Below, in pieces: positions 30,347 through 39,937 of a stretch of DNA of 64,000 nt. The notes under the pieces were generated by a model that saw nothing but the letters and a program-made list of their open reading frames with translations, ran no database searches and was not told the origin of the DNA. Both the position numbers and the translations under genes were made by a program. Position 1 is the stretch's first letter, and each line of letters starts with the position of its first letter. This DNA is from Alphaproteobacteria bacterium. GTDB taxonomy: Bacteria > Pseudomonadota > Alphaproteobacteria > GCA-2731375. Location of the stretch: the NCBI GenBank assembly GCA_965232515.1, contig CBDDPY010000002.1:4192001-4256000 (forward strand). The letters run 5' to 3'.

Positions 30347-31918
30347 TCAGCCGGCGCCGCCGGGGACGCGGTAAACCACCGCGGGCGGGTTCGGGCGCGA
30401 CAGGCGCGTGACGATGCCGGGCGGCAACACGCGATCGACCTGCAGCGCCGACAGCAGGATACCCAGCACCCGCGGCGGCGGGTCGATGCGCGCGACCTCC
30501 GGCCAATCGGCCCCGGGCTCGTACAGCGCCGGATCGAAGGCGGCGCGCTGATGCGCCCGGCCGGTCTTGGCGTTCTTGGGATAGTGGAAGAACAGACTGC
30601 CGGCGGGCGGCGGCTCGGGCCGCACCAGCGCCTCGTCGGCCGCCGCCCAGTCCAGGAAACGGTCGGCTTTTCGGGCCGTGCGCGGATCGGTATAGACCGC
30701 CTCGCTGGCACCCGCGACATAGCCGGCGAGCGCGCGTTCGCCAAACAGCGGATCGCGGTTCTCGACCATCAGGCAGAGCACGTTCGTGGCCACCAGGCCG
30801 GCCGCGACCAGACCGGCAAAGATCCGGGAGAAGCCCGGCAGCACCAGCACCAGCCAGACCGTGACCAGGACCACGCTGACGTAGGTCATGGCACTGAAGT
30901 ACCGCGGCAGCGGCCGGATCGACCCGCTGTAACCGATCCAGAGGAACCAGACCAGCGCGAAGCCGGCGAGCAGGCGGACGGTCCGCCGTTGCTGGTCGCT
31001 GAGACGCTGACTGCGGGCGGCCATCCAGGCGGCCGGGACGGCGAGGAAATACAGCAGGCCGAATTCCTGGTTCACGAGCAGCGCCAGCAGCGGCGCGATC
31101 AGGCGGTTGTCGCTGATATTCCCGCTGCCGCCGAGATGCGCGCCCGTGAGCGTGCCGATGTTGGCCACCGACGTGTGGGTGCCGAAGGCCGCCGTCAGCC
31201 GATGCAGCGGATCCCCGGTCATAATCACGTTGTAGAGCGTGTCGACGCCGACCACGACGGCGACGCCGGCGGCCATCACCCAATACAGCCGGCGCGGATG
31301 CAGGCTGCCGAGCAGGAACAGGATGGCGTAGAAGATGATCAGGCCGCCGCTGGTCAGCCGCGTCAGCAGCGCCATGCCGGCGGCGAGACCGGCGACGAAC
31401 AGCCAGGTCTTGGCCTTGGGCGACCCGGCCGCGGCCAGGAACAGCCATAGCGAAGCGGCGCAGAAGAAGACCTCGATGACGTCGACGCCGGCAATGGTCG
31501 CCTGCACCGCGAACAGCGGGGTCAGCAGCAACAGCGCCGTGCCGGCAAGCCCGACGCCCGTACCGAAGAAGCGCCGCAGGAAGACATAGCTGACCAGGAG
31601 CAGGCCCAGGAAATAGGCCGTTGTCACAGCCACGGTGTAAACCTCGGCGGCGCCGAACAGGCCGATCACGCCGGCGAGCGGCAGCACCAGGGTCAGCCGG
31701 TTCGACCAGTGGCTGTTGCCGACGACGGGCGCCTCGGTCAGCCACTTCTCGGCGGCGTTGAGGTAGATCTGGTCGTCGCTGCCGATATGGCCGACCCAGG
31801 CGAAAGACAAAACGGCGAAGCAGAGCAGCGCCAGGAACACTAGATTGGCCGTATCGCGCATGAACTCAATCGCCCCCTGATCGTCGGCCGACCCGCTGGC
31901 CCGGCCGAATCGCATCAC
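30347..31918 (-). CDS. GT-C (ArnT/PMT_2-like) polytopic glycosyltransferase
   Basis: SDDQIY acidic motif after the first TM, many TMs, LLTR, PRY; start may be 31862. Confidence 0.78.
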   Translation of the reverse strand: MMRFGRASGSADDQGAIEFMRDTANLVFLALLCFAVLSFAWVGHIGSDDQIYLNAAEKWLTEAPVVGNSHWSNRLTLVLPLAGVIGLFGAAEVYTVAVTTAYFLGLLLVSYVFLRRFFGTGVGLAGTALLLLTPLFAVQATIAGVDVIEVFFCAASLWLFLAAAGSPKAKTWLFVAGLAAGMALLTRLTSGGLIIFYAILFLLGSLHPRRLYWVMAAGVAVVVGVDTLYNVIMTGDPLHRLTAAFGTHTSVANIGTLTGAHLGGSGNISDNRLIAPLLALLVNQEFGLLYFLAVPAAWMAARSQRLSDQQRRTVRLLAGFALVWFLWIGYSGSIRPLPRYFSAMTYVSVVLVTVWLVLVLPGFSRIFAGLVAAGLVATNVLCLMVENRDPLFGERALAGYVAGASEAVYTDPRTARKADRFLDWAAADEALVRPEPPPAGSLFFHYPKNAKTGRAHQRAAFDPALYEPGADWPEVARIDPPPRVLGILLSALQVDRVLPPGIVTRLSRPNPPAVVYRVPGGAG

Positions 31919-32133
31919 CGGAATCGCCGGATACTTACCAGCCGGCCGACCCGAACGGAAGCGATCAAAGACTGAAGATCTTAACGAAACGTCGCCGCCC
32001 GCCGGCGCAGCGCGGGTTGCGGTTCCGCAGCTCCGTCACTACCAAAAAGCGATCCTTGCACCGCCGCACTGGTATTTTCCGCGCATTCGTGGTTCGCTTA
32101 CAGCTAAGAAGCTTCCGCCAAAGGGAGGCCGAC

Positions 32134-32622
32134 ATGCGAATGCTTATCGTCGCTGTGACATTTTTGGTTGGCTTGACATCGTCGGGCTGGACACAGGAAA
32201 GCCAACCGGCCGAGGAACCACCGCCCGCCGTCATCGCGGACGTGCAGGTGCTGCTGACCGATCTGGGCTTCAAGCCCGGACCGATCGACGGCATCTGCGG
32301 CGATCGCACGGTCGCCGCGATCAAGGCCTATCAGATCGCGGCCGGCGTCTCGGTCAGCGGCAAGATCACCGACGACCTGATCGCCAGGCTGAGAGCCGCG
32401 CGCGAGCGCGCGTCGACGCCGATTCCGGCGACGGTGCGGACAGCATCAAAACACCGATGCGAGTCCTACATCATGCTGATCGCCACCGGCGCCGTGCGCA
32501 TCACGGGCGGGTGCCCGGACGACGCGCCGGCGGCGCTACGCCAGCGTCATCAGGAAGAGATCCGGGCGGCCATGGCGCGCGATCCGGATCCGATCTTCAA
32601 AATCGTGCGCACGGCGCAGTAG
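32134..32622 (+). CDS. Secreted peptidoglycan-binding domain protein (PG_binding_1)
   Basis: Signal peptide from ATG 32134 (GGAGG RBS); VQVLLTDLGFKPGPIDGICGDRTVAAIKAYQ..G. Confidence 0.82.
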   Translation: MRMLIVAVTFLVGLTSSGWTQESQPAEEPPPAVIADVQVLLTDLGFKPGPIDGICGDRTVAAIKAYQIAAGVSVSGKITDDLIARLRAARERASTPIPATVRTASKHRCESYIMLIATGAVRITGGCPDDAPAALRQRHQEEIRAAMARDPDPIFKIVRTAQ

Positions 32623-32715
32623 TCGGCTGTCATTAGTGAGGCAGCGCACAGGCCGGCCGCGAAGCAAAGGACATAATATCGACACACAACCTGGAAGAGG
32701 GGGGCAAGTCCGTCC

Positions 32716-33777
32716 ATGACATCGGTGTCACGGCGGCTGCCGACGACCATGAAACGACCTCAGGCACGCACCAACACCATCACATCGACCCCGGCGAGTC
32801 GGTTCTGGCCGGTCTGGACGGCGGCGCTGATGCTCGCCGGCCTCCTCGGCGCACTGATATCGGCGTCGGCCTTCGCGCAACAGTCGGAGAACCTGGCCGA
32901 CAAGATCAACAAGGGCACGGTCGGCATCATCTCGGGCGGTGTCGACGGCACCTATATCCGCATCGCCACCGATCTCGCCTCGGTGCTGGACAAAGGCGAT
33001 CAATTGCGCGTCGTGCCGATCGTCGGCAAGGGCTCGATCCAGAACATCGCCGATATCCTCTATCTCCGGGGCATCGACATCGGCATCGTGCAGTCCGACG
33101 TGCTGGCGCATATCCGGCGCGAGAACATCTATCCCAACATCGAGCAAAAGGTGAGCTACATCACCAAGCTCTATAACGAGGAGTTCCATCTGCTGGTGTC
33201 GCGGGACGTCCAGTCGGTGCAGGATCTGGCCGGCCGGCAAGTCAACTTCGGCGTTGCCGGCAGCGGCACCTTCATGACGGCGTCGATCGTCTTCGACACG
33301 CTGGGCGTCGACGTGCGGCCGGTCTCGCTCGATCAGGCCCTGGCGCTGGAGCGGCTGAAGACGGGCGAGCTGGCCGGCATGGTCTATGTCGCCGGCAAGC
33401 CGGCGCGGATCTTCTCGGACATCACGGCCGACGACGGCGTGCGGCTGCTCCCCGTACCGCTATCGCCCGAGCTGCTCGACACCTATCTGCCGTCGCGGTT
33501 CTCCAGCGAAGACTATCCACGGCTGCTGTCGTCGGGCGACACGGTCGACACCGTCGCCGTCGGGGCCGTCATGGCCGTCTACGACTGGAAGCCGGGCACC
33601 GCGCGCTATTACAAGGTCGCGCGTTTCGTCGACGAATTCTTCGGCCGGTTCGGCGATTTCCAGATGGCGCCACGCCACCGGAAATGGCTGGAGGTCAGCC
33701 TGACGGCGGAGCTACCGGGCTGGAAGCGCTTCGCCCCCGCCGAGAAGGCGCTGGCAAAGGTGAAGGGCGCGAACTGA
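32716..33777 (+). CDS. TAXI-family TRAP solute-binding protein (orphan)
   Basis: Signal peptide, SGGVDGTY, GKGSIQN, DIGIVQSD, LYNEEFHL, GSGT. Confidence 0.88.
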   Translation: MTSVSRRLPTTMKRPQARTNTITSTPASRFWPVWTAALMLAGLLGALISASAFAQQSENLADKINKGTVGIISGGVDGTYIRIATDLASVLDKGDQLRVVPIVGKGSIQNIADILYLRGIDIGIVQSDVLAHIRRENIYPNIEQKVSYITKLYNEEFHLLVSRDVQSVQDLAGRQVNFGVAGSGTFMTASIVFDTLGVDVRPVSLDQALALERLKTGELAGMVYVAGKPARIFSDITADDGVRLLPVPLSPELLDTYLPSRFSSEDYPRLLSSGDTVDTVAVGAVMAVYDWKPGTARYYKVARFVDEFFGRFGDFQMAPRHRKWLEVSLTAELPGWKRFAPAEKALAKVKGAN

Positions 33778-33812
33778 CGCGAGACGGCGGCGCATCGAAC
33801 CGGTATCGCCTG

Positions 33813-33911
33813 CTTCGAGACGACTCCTTCGGGGTCTCCTCAGCATAAGGATTCTTATTTGATATCAGTGCCTTACCTCATGCGGAGGAGGACCAACGGC
33901 CCGTCTCGAAG
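33813..33911. repeat. REP/RIME-like nested palindrome between convergent genes
   Basis: Outer IR CTTCGAGACG (33813)/CGTCTCGAAG (33911); inner IR CTCCTCAGCATAAGG/CCTCATGCGGAGGAG with 2 mismatches; resembles alphaproteobacterial intergenic repeats. Confidence 0.7.
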
Positions 33912-33941
33912 GATGGGCCATCATGCACTCGCCAGCCGAAG

Positions 33942-36900
33942 TTATTGCACCTTTGCGCCGGCCTGTTCGCGTAGCCAGGTTTTGAGCAACTCGATCTGGG
34001 TGGTGGCGTCGAGGTCGCCGCGTTCGGCGCCGATGGTGTACCACTCGAAGGCCCGCTCGGTATTGGTCGAGGGTCCGCGGATACCGACGCGGTCGAGATA
34101 GGACGGATCGTGGCTTTTGGCGAAGGCAGTGGCGCCCTTGGCACTGCCGCGCTTGGCGGCGAACTCGAACAGCAGGCGGGCGCCGGCGACATCACCCTCC
34201 CGCATCAGCTTGTCGCCCCGCTCCATCATGCGGGCGATCAGCAGTTCGCTCGACTGGCTGCCGCCGCTCAGATCGGGCGCCTTCCCGGCCGCGGCGTCCG
34301 CGACGCCGAGCAGTGCCGGCGCCGTCGACATGGCGACGGCCGGCCGCGTCTCGTCGGCGCGCGGCGGCAGCGGCGTGCGTTCCTCCTGGCCCGCCGTGAC
34401 CGTTGCCGCGTTCAGCGGTCCATCCTGCGCCGGTTCGCTCGATTCGGCCGGTGACGGCGACGGATTTTGTTCGGTCGTCGCCGCCGTCGGCGTCGCCTGC
34501 TCCGCCACCTCCAGCGGGTCGGTCTCTCTCGGCGCCGGCGGCTCGGTGGTCGTCGCCTCGTCGAGGTTTGCCAGTACTTCGAGATCCTCCGGCGGTATCG
34601 GCTCAGGTGCCCGGGCCGGGGTGGCCTGACGCGCCGGAGCCGGCTTTTGGGCGACTTGCGGCTCCGCCTTGGGTTCCTCAACAGGTGGCGGCGCGTCGAC
34701 CGTCACGCTGGCCCAGCTCACGGCGACGTCGGCGCCGTTCCTCTCGGTCGCGGCGGCCGCGACCGTCAACTCGAACGGATCGGACAGGCCGGCCGGCGGC
34801 GTCAGTACCAGGTTCGCGAGATCGGCCGCCGCCAACCGCCAGCGGCCCTCGCCCGCGGCCCGGCCGGCCGACAGGATCGCGCCCGCCGGCAGTCCGGAGA
34901 CGGTGAGCGACAGGCGTTCGGAGCCGTCATCGTCGACCAATGCCGCTTCAATCGGCAGCTCGATGGCGCCGTCCGCCGTCGCCGACGTCGCGCCAATGGA
35001 CAGCGACGGCGCATCGGCAATGGCGGCGATCCGCAGCGGGACGGCGACAGCGGTCGTCGCCGTGTCGCCGTCGGCCTCGGTCGCCGAGGCGGTGACGCTG
35101 AGTTCGAAAGCGCCGCTCGAATGCTCGGGCAGCGTCAGCGCGAGACCGTCGAGGTCGTCGACCGTCAGGCGCCAACGGCCATCGCCTTCATCGCTTCCCG
35201 CCGACGGTCGCGCGCCGTCCGGCAGACCGGCGATCTCGATCGAAAGCTGTTCGGAACCGTCGGTGTCGGCGAGGCCGGCATCGATGGCGAGCGGCGTCGC
35301 CGCGCCCTCGCGGCCGACCGCGTCGGCCACCGCCAGCCCCGGCGCGTCGGCGGCGCCGCGGATGTCGATGCCAACCTCGGTCACGGTCTCGGCGGTGCTC
35401 TCGTCCGCCTCCGTCGCGGTCGCGGTGATGGACAGATCCAGCCTGCCGCTGAAATCGGCGGGCGGGATCAGCGTCAAGTCGGTCAGGTCATCTGCCGACA
35501 GCCGCCAGCGACCGTCCGCGTCGGCCTCGCCAGCGGAAAGCCGGGCATCGTCCGCAAGGCCGGCGACCGTGAGCGTCAAACGCTCCGAGCCGTCGTCGTC
35601 GGCAAGCGTGGCGACGATGACGAGCGGCACGGCCTCGTCCTCGACGCCGGTCGCCGTCTCGGCCGACAGAACCGGTGCATCGGCGACCGGGTTCATGGCG
35701 ACGCGGACGACGCCGGTTGCCGTGGCGCTGTCGCCGTCGCTCTCGTCCGCCGTCGCCGTGACCGACAACGCGATCAGACCGCTGCGGTTCGGCGGCGGCG
35801 TGAGCGCGAGGTTCGCGAGATCGGCCTCGGCGAGCCGCCAGCGGCCGTCGCCCTCGTCCTGGCCGGCGGACAGCGTGGCGTCGGCCGGCACGCCGTCGAC
35901 GATGACGGCCGACAGTTTCTCCGAGCCGTCAGCATCGGCGGGCTCAGCCGCAATCTCGAGCGGGATCGGCTGGTCCTCGAGACCGACGACATTGGTCAGC
36001 ATGAGACGCGGCGTGTCGGCGACGCCCGCGACGCGGACCCGGACGATACCGAGGCTGACGGCGGCGTCGCCGTCGGCCTCGCGCGCGGTGGCGTTAACCG
36101 CGAGCTCGAAGGCGCCGCTGAAATCGGCGGGCGGCGTGAGCGTCAGGCCGTCGAGCGCGCCGGCGTCGAGCCGCCACCGCCCCTCGCCCTCGTCGTCGCC
36201 GGCCGACAGGCGGACGCCGTCGGGAACGCCCTCGAGGACGATGTCGGCGAGCGTTTCGGAGCCGTCCGTATCGGCCGTCGCGACGGCAATGGCGAGCGGC
36301 AGCGGCGCGTCCTCCGCGCCGTCCGCGTCTTTCAGGGTCAGGACGGGCGCGTCGGCGACCGCGGCCACGTCGACCGTGATGGCGCCGTCGCTGCTGGCCG
36401 TGTCGCCGTCCCGCTCCGTCGCCGTGGCGCTGAGCGACAGCTCGATCCGGCCGCTGAAGTCGGGCGGCGGGGTGAGGCTGAGGTCCGCGAGATCCGATGC
36501 CGCCAATTGCCAGCGCCCGTCACCGGCATCCTCGCCTGCGGACAGCGTCGCCCCCGCGGGCAAGCCGGCCAGCAACACACTCAAGCTCTCCGAACCGTCC
36601 GCGTCGGCGGCCGCGACCGCCAGGTCGAGCGGAATGGCACTATCCTCCTGACCGGCAAGCGCGTCGGCGGTCAGCACCGGCGGATCGGCGACGCCGGCGA
36701 GCGCGACCTCGACCCTCGCCGTGGCGCTGGCGTCCAGGCCGGCCTCACTGGCGACGGCCGTCAGGTCGAGCGCGAAGGTTCCGCTGAAATCGGCCGGCGG
36801 CGTCAGTTGCAGGCCGTCGAGATCCTCAAGCGACAGCCGCCAACGGCCGTCATCGCCGGCCTGGCCGGCGGACAAAGCGGCGCCGTCGGGCAGCCCGGCC

Positions 36901-39716
36901 AGGGCGAGGGTCAAACTTTCGGAGCCGTCGGGATCGGCCGACGAGAGCGAAATGGTCAGCGGAACCGCCTCGTCCTCGGCGCCCGTCGCGTCCTCGGCGA
37001 CGAGGATCGGCACATCCGGAACGCCGGTGACCTTGACCTGAACGATATCGGCGATGGTCGCGCTGTCGCCGTCGGCCTCGATCGCCGTCGCGGCAATCGC
37101 CAGCTCGAACACGCCGGCAAAGGACGGCGGCGGCACCAAGGCAAGGTCCGCGAGCTGGTCTGACGACAAGCGCCAGCGGCCGCCCCCGATCTCCTCGCCG
37201 GCCGAGAGCGTGGCGCCCTCGGGCAGGCCGGCGACCGTCACGGTCAGGCGCTCGGAGCCGTCCGCGTCGGCAACATCGGCCGCGATGGCGAGGGCGCCGG
37301 CCTGATCCTCGACGGTTTCGACCGGGGCGACGGCGAGCAAGGGATCGTCGGCGCGGGCCGCGAGCGTGGCGCGCAACGGCCGCGTGGTGGCCGGCGCGTC
37401 GGCGTCGTCCGCGCCGGCGCGCGCGGTGACCTCGAGCTCGATGGCGCCGCTGAAATCAGCCGGCGGGATCAACAGCAGACCGGCAAGCTCGCCGGCCGAC
37501 AAGCGCCAGGCGCCGCCATCGGTCGCGGTTCCGGCCGACAGCGTGGCGCCGGCGGGCAGGCCGGCGATCTCGACGACCACCGGCGTCGCGGGCGTCGCGG
37601 ACGGCAGGGCGATGTCGAGCGGCAGCGGCTGGTCCTCGACGCCGACCGCCGCCGTCACCTCTAACGCCGGCGCCACGGCGGCCTGCGCCACCACAACTTG
37701 CGACGGCGCGGCGTCGGCCAGTCGAGTCTCTCCCGCGTGGGCCGTGGCATCCTCAACGCTGTTCGCCAGGATCAGCGGCGCGACCGGCCGCGGCGGCGGC
37801 GCCATGGGCATGGTCCTGGTGGCGCCGATCCCCGGCACCGGATCGGCCGCAGCCGGATCGACCAACGTACGCCGCAGCGATTCCTCGGCCGAGGCCTGGC
37901 GGTCCTGCATGGCGCGCACGATGGTCAGGTTGTCGGTCACCAGGTCGGTCGCCTCGGGTTGCGCGACGGCGCGACTCAGGAGCGCGACGGCGCCGTCGAG
38001 CCGGCCGGTCCGGGCCAGCGACAGGGCGTAGTTGTTGAGGACCACAGGGTTGTCCGGCGAGAGCCGCAGCGCCTGCCGGTAGCTGTTGGCGGCGTCGGGC
38101 CGCTGCCCCAGGCTGTCATAGGCGGCGCCGAGCAGCGTGAAGATCTGCCAGTCCTCGGGCGCGCGCTCAGCGGCGCGCTCCAGGACCTGGATGGCCCGCG
38201 CGGATGCGCCATCGTCAAGCTCAACCTTGGCCAGCTCGATCAGCAGCGGCGGGTTGTCGCCCCGATCCGTCAACGCGGCCTCGACCAGGCCGCGTGCCTC
38301 GGCCGGGCGGTCGAGCTGGCGCAGACTGCGCGCCAGGCCCAGCAGCGCGTCGAGATCGGACGGCTGACGGTCGTAGAGGGCGCGGTAGCGGTCGACGGCG
38401 GCGGCAAAGTTGGCGTCCTGCTCGGCGTCGAGCGCGGCCGCGCGCAGGTCGGCGTCGGGCCGAATCGGTGCAAGCGGCGCGAACGGCGCGGTCGCGAGCT
38501 CCGGCACCGACGGCGGCGCCGGATCCATGACCCTGACGACGGGCGCCATCACGACCGAATCCTGACGATCGGCACGATCGAGATCGGCGCCGACCGCCGT
38601 CGCGCCGATGCCGATGACCAGGCCGAGCATGACATGGCCCGGCCGCAGCGGTGGCAGCAGACGCGGCAGCCACACCGTGCGTGGCGGCGTTTCGACGTCG
38701 CGGCGCCGTCGGGGCGGTCGGGCTGGCGGCGGCGTGCTCGTCTGGATCGTGACGGCCGGCGCCGGCGATGGCTCGGCTGCCGCCTCGGCCCGCGCGGCGG
38801 ATACCGGTTCCGTTTTCGGCTGTGACACGCTCGACGACGGATTGAGGTCGACGAGGTCGATCAGCCGGGGACGGTTCTCGGCGACGGGCACCGGGACGGG
38901 GTCGTCCGCCACCGGCAGCAGCGTGTCCTGCATGGCCTGCGCCACGTTCTCGGCCGTAACGCGCTCGGCGCGGGCAAGGCCGGCGAACAGCAGCGCATGG
39001 CCGGCGAGCTGCGCAACCAGCCGAAAGCTGCCGCCCGCGCGTTGCATAATCGCCTCGCAGGCATCGTCACCGAACAGATCGGGTCCCTCATAGCCGGCCT
39101 GCGCCAGGTGATGGTCGATGAAAGGGCGGATCTCGTCAGGCGCGATCGGCGCCAGAACGGCGTGCGGCAGGCTCGCGCCGGCGACCTCCTCGCCGGTGAG
39201 CGCGTCCAGCCGCGCCGCGATGTCGGGCATACCGACCAGCACGAACTGGGCGACGCCCTTGTCGGCGGGCGGGCGCGTCGACAGGCGCACCAGGTCGGTC
39301 AGCGTCTCGTCCGACAGATGCTCCGCTTCGTCGACCAGCAGGATCACACGGCCGTCGCCGCCGGCCGCGGCGATGCGGTCGGCCATGGCCTCGACCGACA
39401 GCGGTCCGTCGTCGGCCGACAGATCGATACCAAGATCGAGGCAGCAACGCGACAGCAGGTCGGCCAGGTTTTCGGACGCCCGGTAAGCCAGGAAGACGCG
39501 CCGCGACTGTGCTTCAAGGTCGCGTTGCAGCCGGCGCAGCAGCACGGACTTGCCGGCGCCCGCCGCGCCGGTCAGCAGGACGAGATCGGCGTCGCCCGAA
39601 AGCGCCGCCAGAAGCTGCCGGTGCGCCGCGCGGCCGCTGGACGTGAAGAAAAAGTGGGACGCATCCGGGGAAACCCGGAACGGGTTTTCTGTCAATTTCC
39701 AGTGTTCTGGAAACAT
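33942..39716 (-). CDS. 1924-aa fusion: ExeA-like AAA ATPase + TM + TPR + 9 Ig/cadherin-like repeats + Pro-rich linker + Sel1-like C-terminal domain
   Basis: HWKLTENPF N-terminus, Walker A GAAGAGKS, Walker B LLVDEAE; TM VMLGLVIGIGATAVG; TPRs (YRQALRLSPDNPVVLNNYALSL); 9 repeats with EDxxxPL..DGSE..GLP.GA.LSAG..GRWRL..PPADFSG; GDVAGARLLFEFAAKRG..AFEWY. Confidence 0.88.
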   Translation of the reverse strand: MFPEHWKLTENPFRVSPDASHFFFTSSGRAAHRQLLAALSGDADLVLLTGAAGAGKSVLLRRLQRDLEAQSRRVFLAYRASENLADLLSRCCLDLGIDLSADDGPLSVEAMADRIAAAGGDGRVILLVDEAEHLSDETLTDLVRLSTRPPADKGVAQFVLVGMPDIAARLDALTGEEVAGASLPHAVLAPIAPDEIRPFIDHHLAQAGYEGPDLFGDDACEAIMQRAGGSFRLVAQLAGHALLFAGLARAERVTAENVAQAMQDTLLPVADDPVPVPVAENRPRLIDLVDLNPSSSVSQPKTEPVSAARAEAAAEPSPAPAVTIQTSTPPPARPPRRRRDVETPPRTVWLPRLLPPLRPGHVMLGLVIGIGATAVGADLDRADRQDSVVMAPVVRVMDPAPPSVPELATAPFAPLAPIRPDADLRAAALDAEQDANFAAAVDRYRALYDRQPSDLDALLGLARSLRQLDRPAEARGLVEAALTDRGDNPPLLIELAKVELDDGASARAIQVLERAAERAPEDWQIFTLLGAAYDSLGQRPDAANSYRQALRLSPDNPVVLNNYALSLARTGRLDGAVALLSRAVAQPEATDLVTDNLTIVRAMQDRQASAEESLRRTLVDPAAADPVPGIGATRTMPMAPPPRPVAPLILANSVEDATAHAGETRLADAAPSQVVVAQAAVAPALEVTAAVGVEDQPLPLDIALPSATPATPVVVEIAGLPAGATLSAGTATDGGAWRLSAGELAGLLLIPPADFSGAIELEVTARAGADDADAPATTRPLRATLAARADDPLLAVAPVETVEDQAGALAIAADVADADGSERLTVTVAGLPEGATLSAGEEIGGGRWRLSSDQLADLALVPPPSFAGVFELAIAATAIEADGDSATIADIVQVKVTGVPDVPILVAEDATGAEDEAVPLTISLSSADPDGSESLTLALAGLPDGAALSAGQAGDDGRWRLSLEDLDGLQLTPPADFSGTFALDLTAVASEAGLDASATARVEVALAGVADPPVLTADALAGQEDSAIPLDLAVAAADADGSESLSVLLAGLPAGATLSAGEDAGDGRWQLAASDLADLSLTPPPDFSGRIELSLSATATERDGDTASSDGAITVDVAAVADAPVLTLKDADGAEDAPLPLAIAVATADTDGSETLADIVLEGVPDGVRLSAGDDEGEGRWRLDAGALDGLTLTPPADFSGAFELAVNATAREADGDAAVSLGIVRVRVAGVADTPRLMLTNVVGLEDQPIPLEIAAEPADADGSEKLSAVIVDGVPADATLSAGQDEGDGRWRLAEADLANLALTPPPNRSGLIALSVTATADESDGDSATATGVVRVAMNPVADAPVLSAETATGVEDEAVPLVIVATLADDDGSERLTLTVAGLADDARLSAGEADADGRWRLSADDLTDLTLIPPADFSGRLDLSITATATEADESTAETVTEVGIDIRGAADAPGLAVADAVGREGAATPLAIDAGLADTDGSEQLSIEIAGLPDGARPSAGSDEGDGRWRLTVDDLDGLALTLPEHSSGAFELSVTASATEADGDTATTAVAVPLRIAAIADAPSLSIGATSATADGAIELPIEAALVDDDGSERLSLTVSGLPAGAILSAGRAAGEGRWRLAAADLANLVLTPPAGLSDPFELTVAAAATERNGADVAVSWASVTVDAPPPVEEPKAEPQVAQKPAPARQATPARAPEPIPPEDLEVLANLDEATTTEPPAPRETDPLEVAEQATPTAATTEQNPSPSPAESSEPAQDGPLNAATVTAGQEERTPLPPRADETRPAVAMSTAPALLGVADAAAGKAPDLSGGSQSSELLIARMMERGDKLMREGDVAGARLLFEFAAKRGSAKGATAFAKSHDPSYLDRVGIRGPSTNTERAFEWYTIGAERGDLDATTQIELLKTWLREQAGAKVQ
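34695..37670 (-). repeat. Nine intragenic tandem ~333-nt (111-aa) Ig/cadherin-like repeats
   Basis: W(R/Q)L motif recurs near 37504, 37171, 36838, 36510, 36174, 35837, 35503, 35170 and 34838. Confidence 0.85.
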
Positions 39717-39937
39717 GACGTCATTCAGTCTGCCCTGATGTTGCGCGTACGCAACTGCCCGAGATCAGGTATTGCCATCCGGCACCCCCCGGAACCGGAA
39801 CGCATAAGCACTGATGTCAGATTATCACATCTTAACCAAACCGTCGAAACACGCGTCGGCGAGCGGTCTAAGGCGTTGGCTGTTCGATGGACTCAACGAT
39901 CGGCAACGGTCTTGGCGCCCAGGGCCGCATTGGCGCC

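Noticed and set aside
30309-31745. N-terminal extension of the 667-aa methyltransferase ORF (similarly 28679..29068 on the GT4)
   Set aside because: Alternate-frame overlap with the GT-C (or DUF354) gene; Arg/Pro-rich low-information sequence
39740-39755. GTTGCG-N4-CGCAAC palindrome upstream of the giant gene as an operator
   Set aside because: 6-bp arms, single copy; could easily arise by chance in GC-rich DNA
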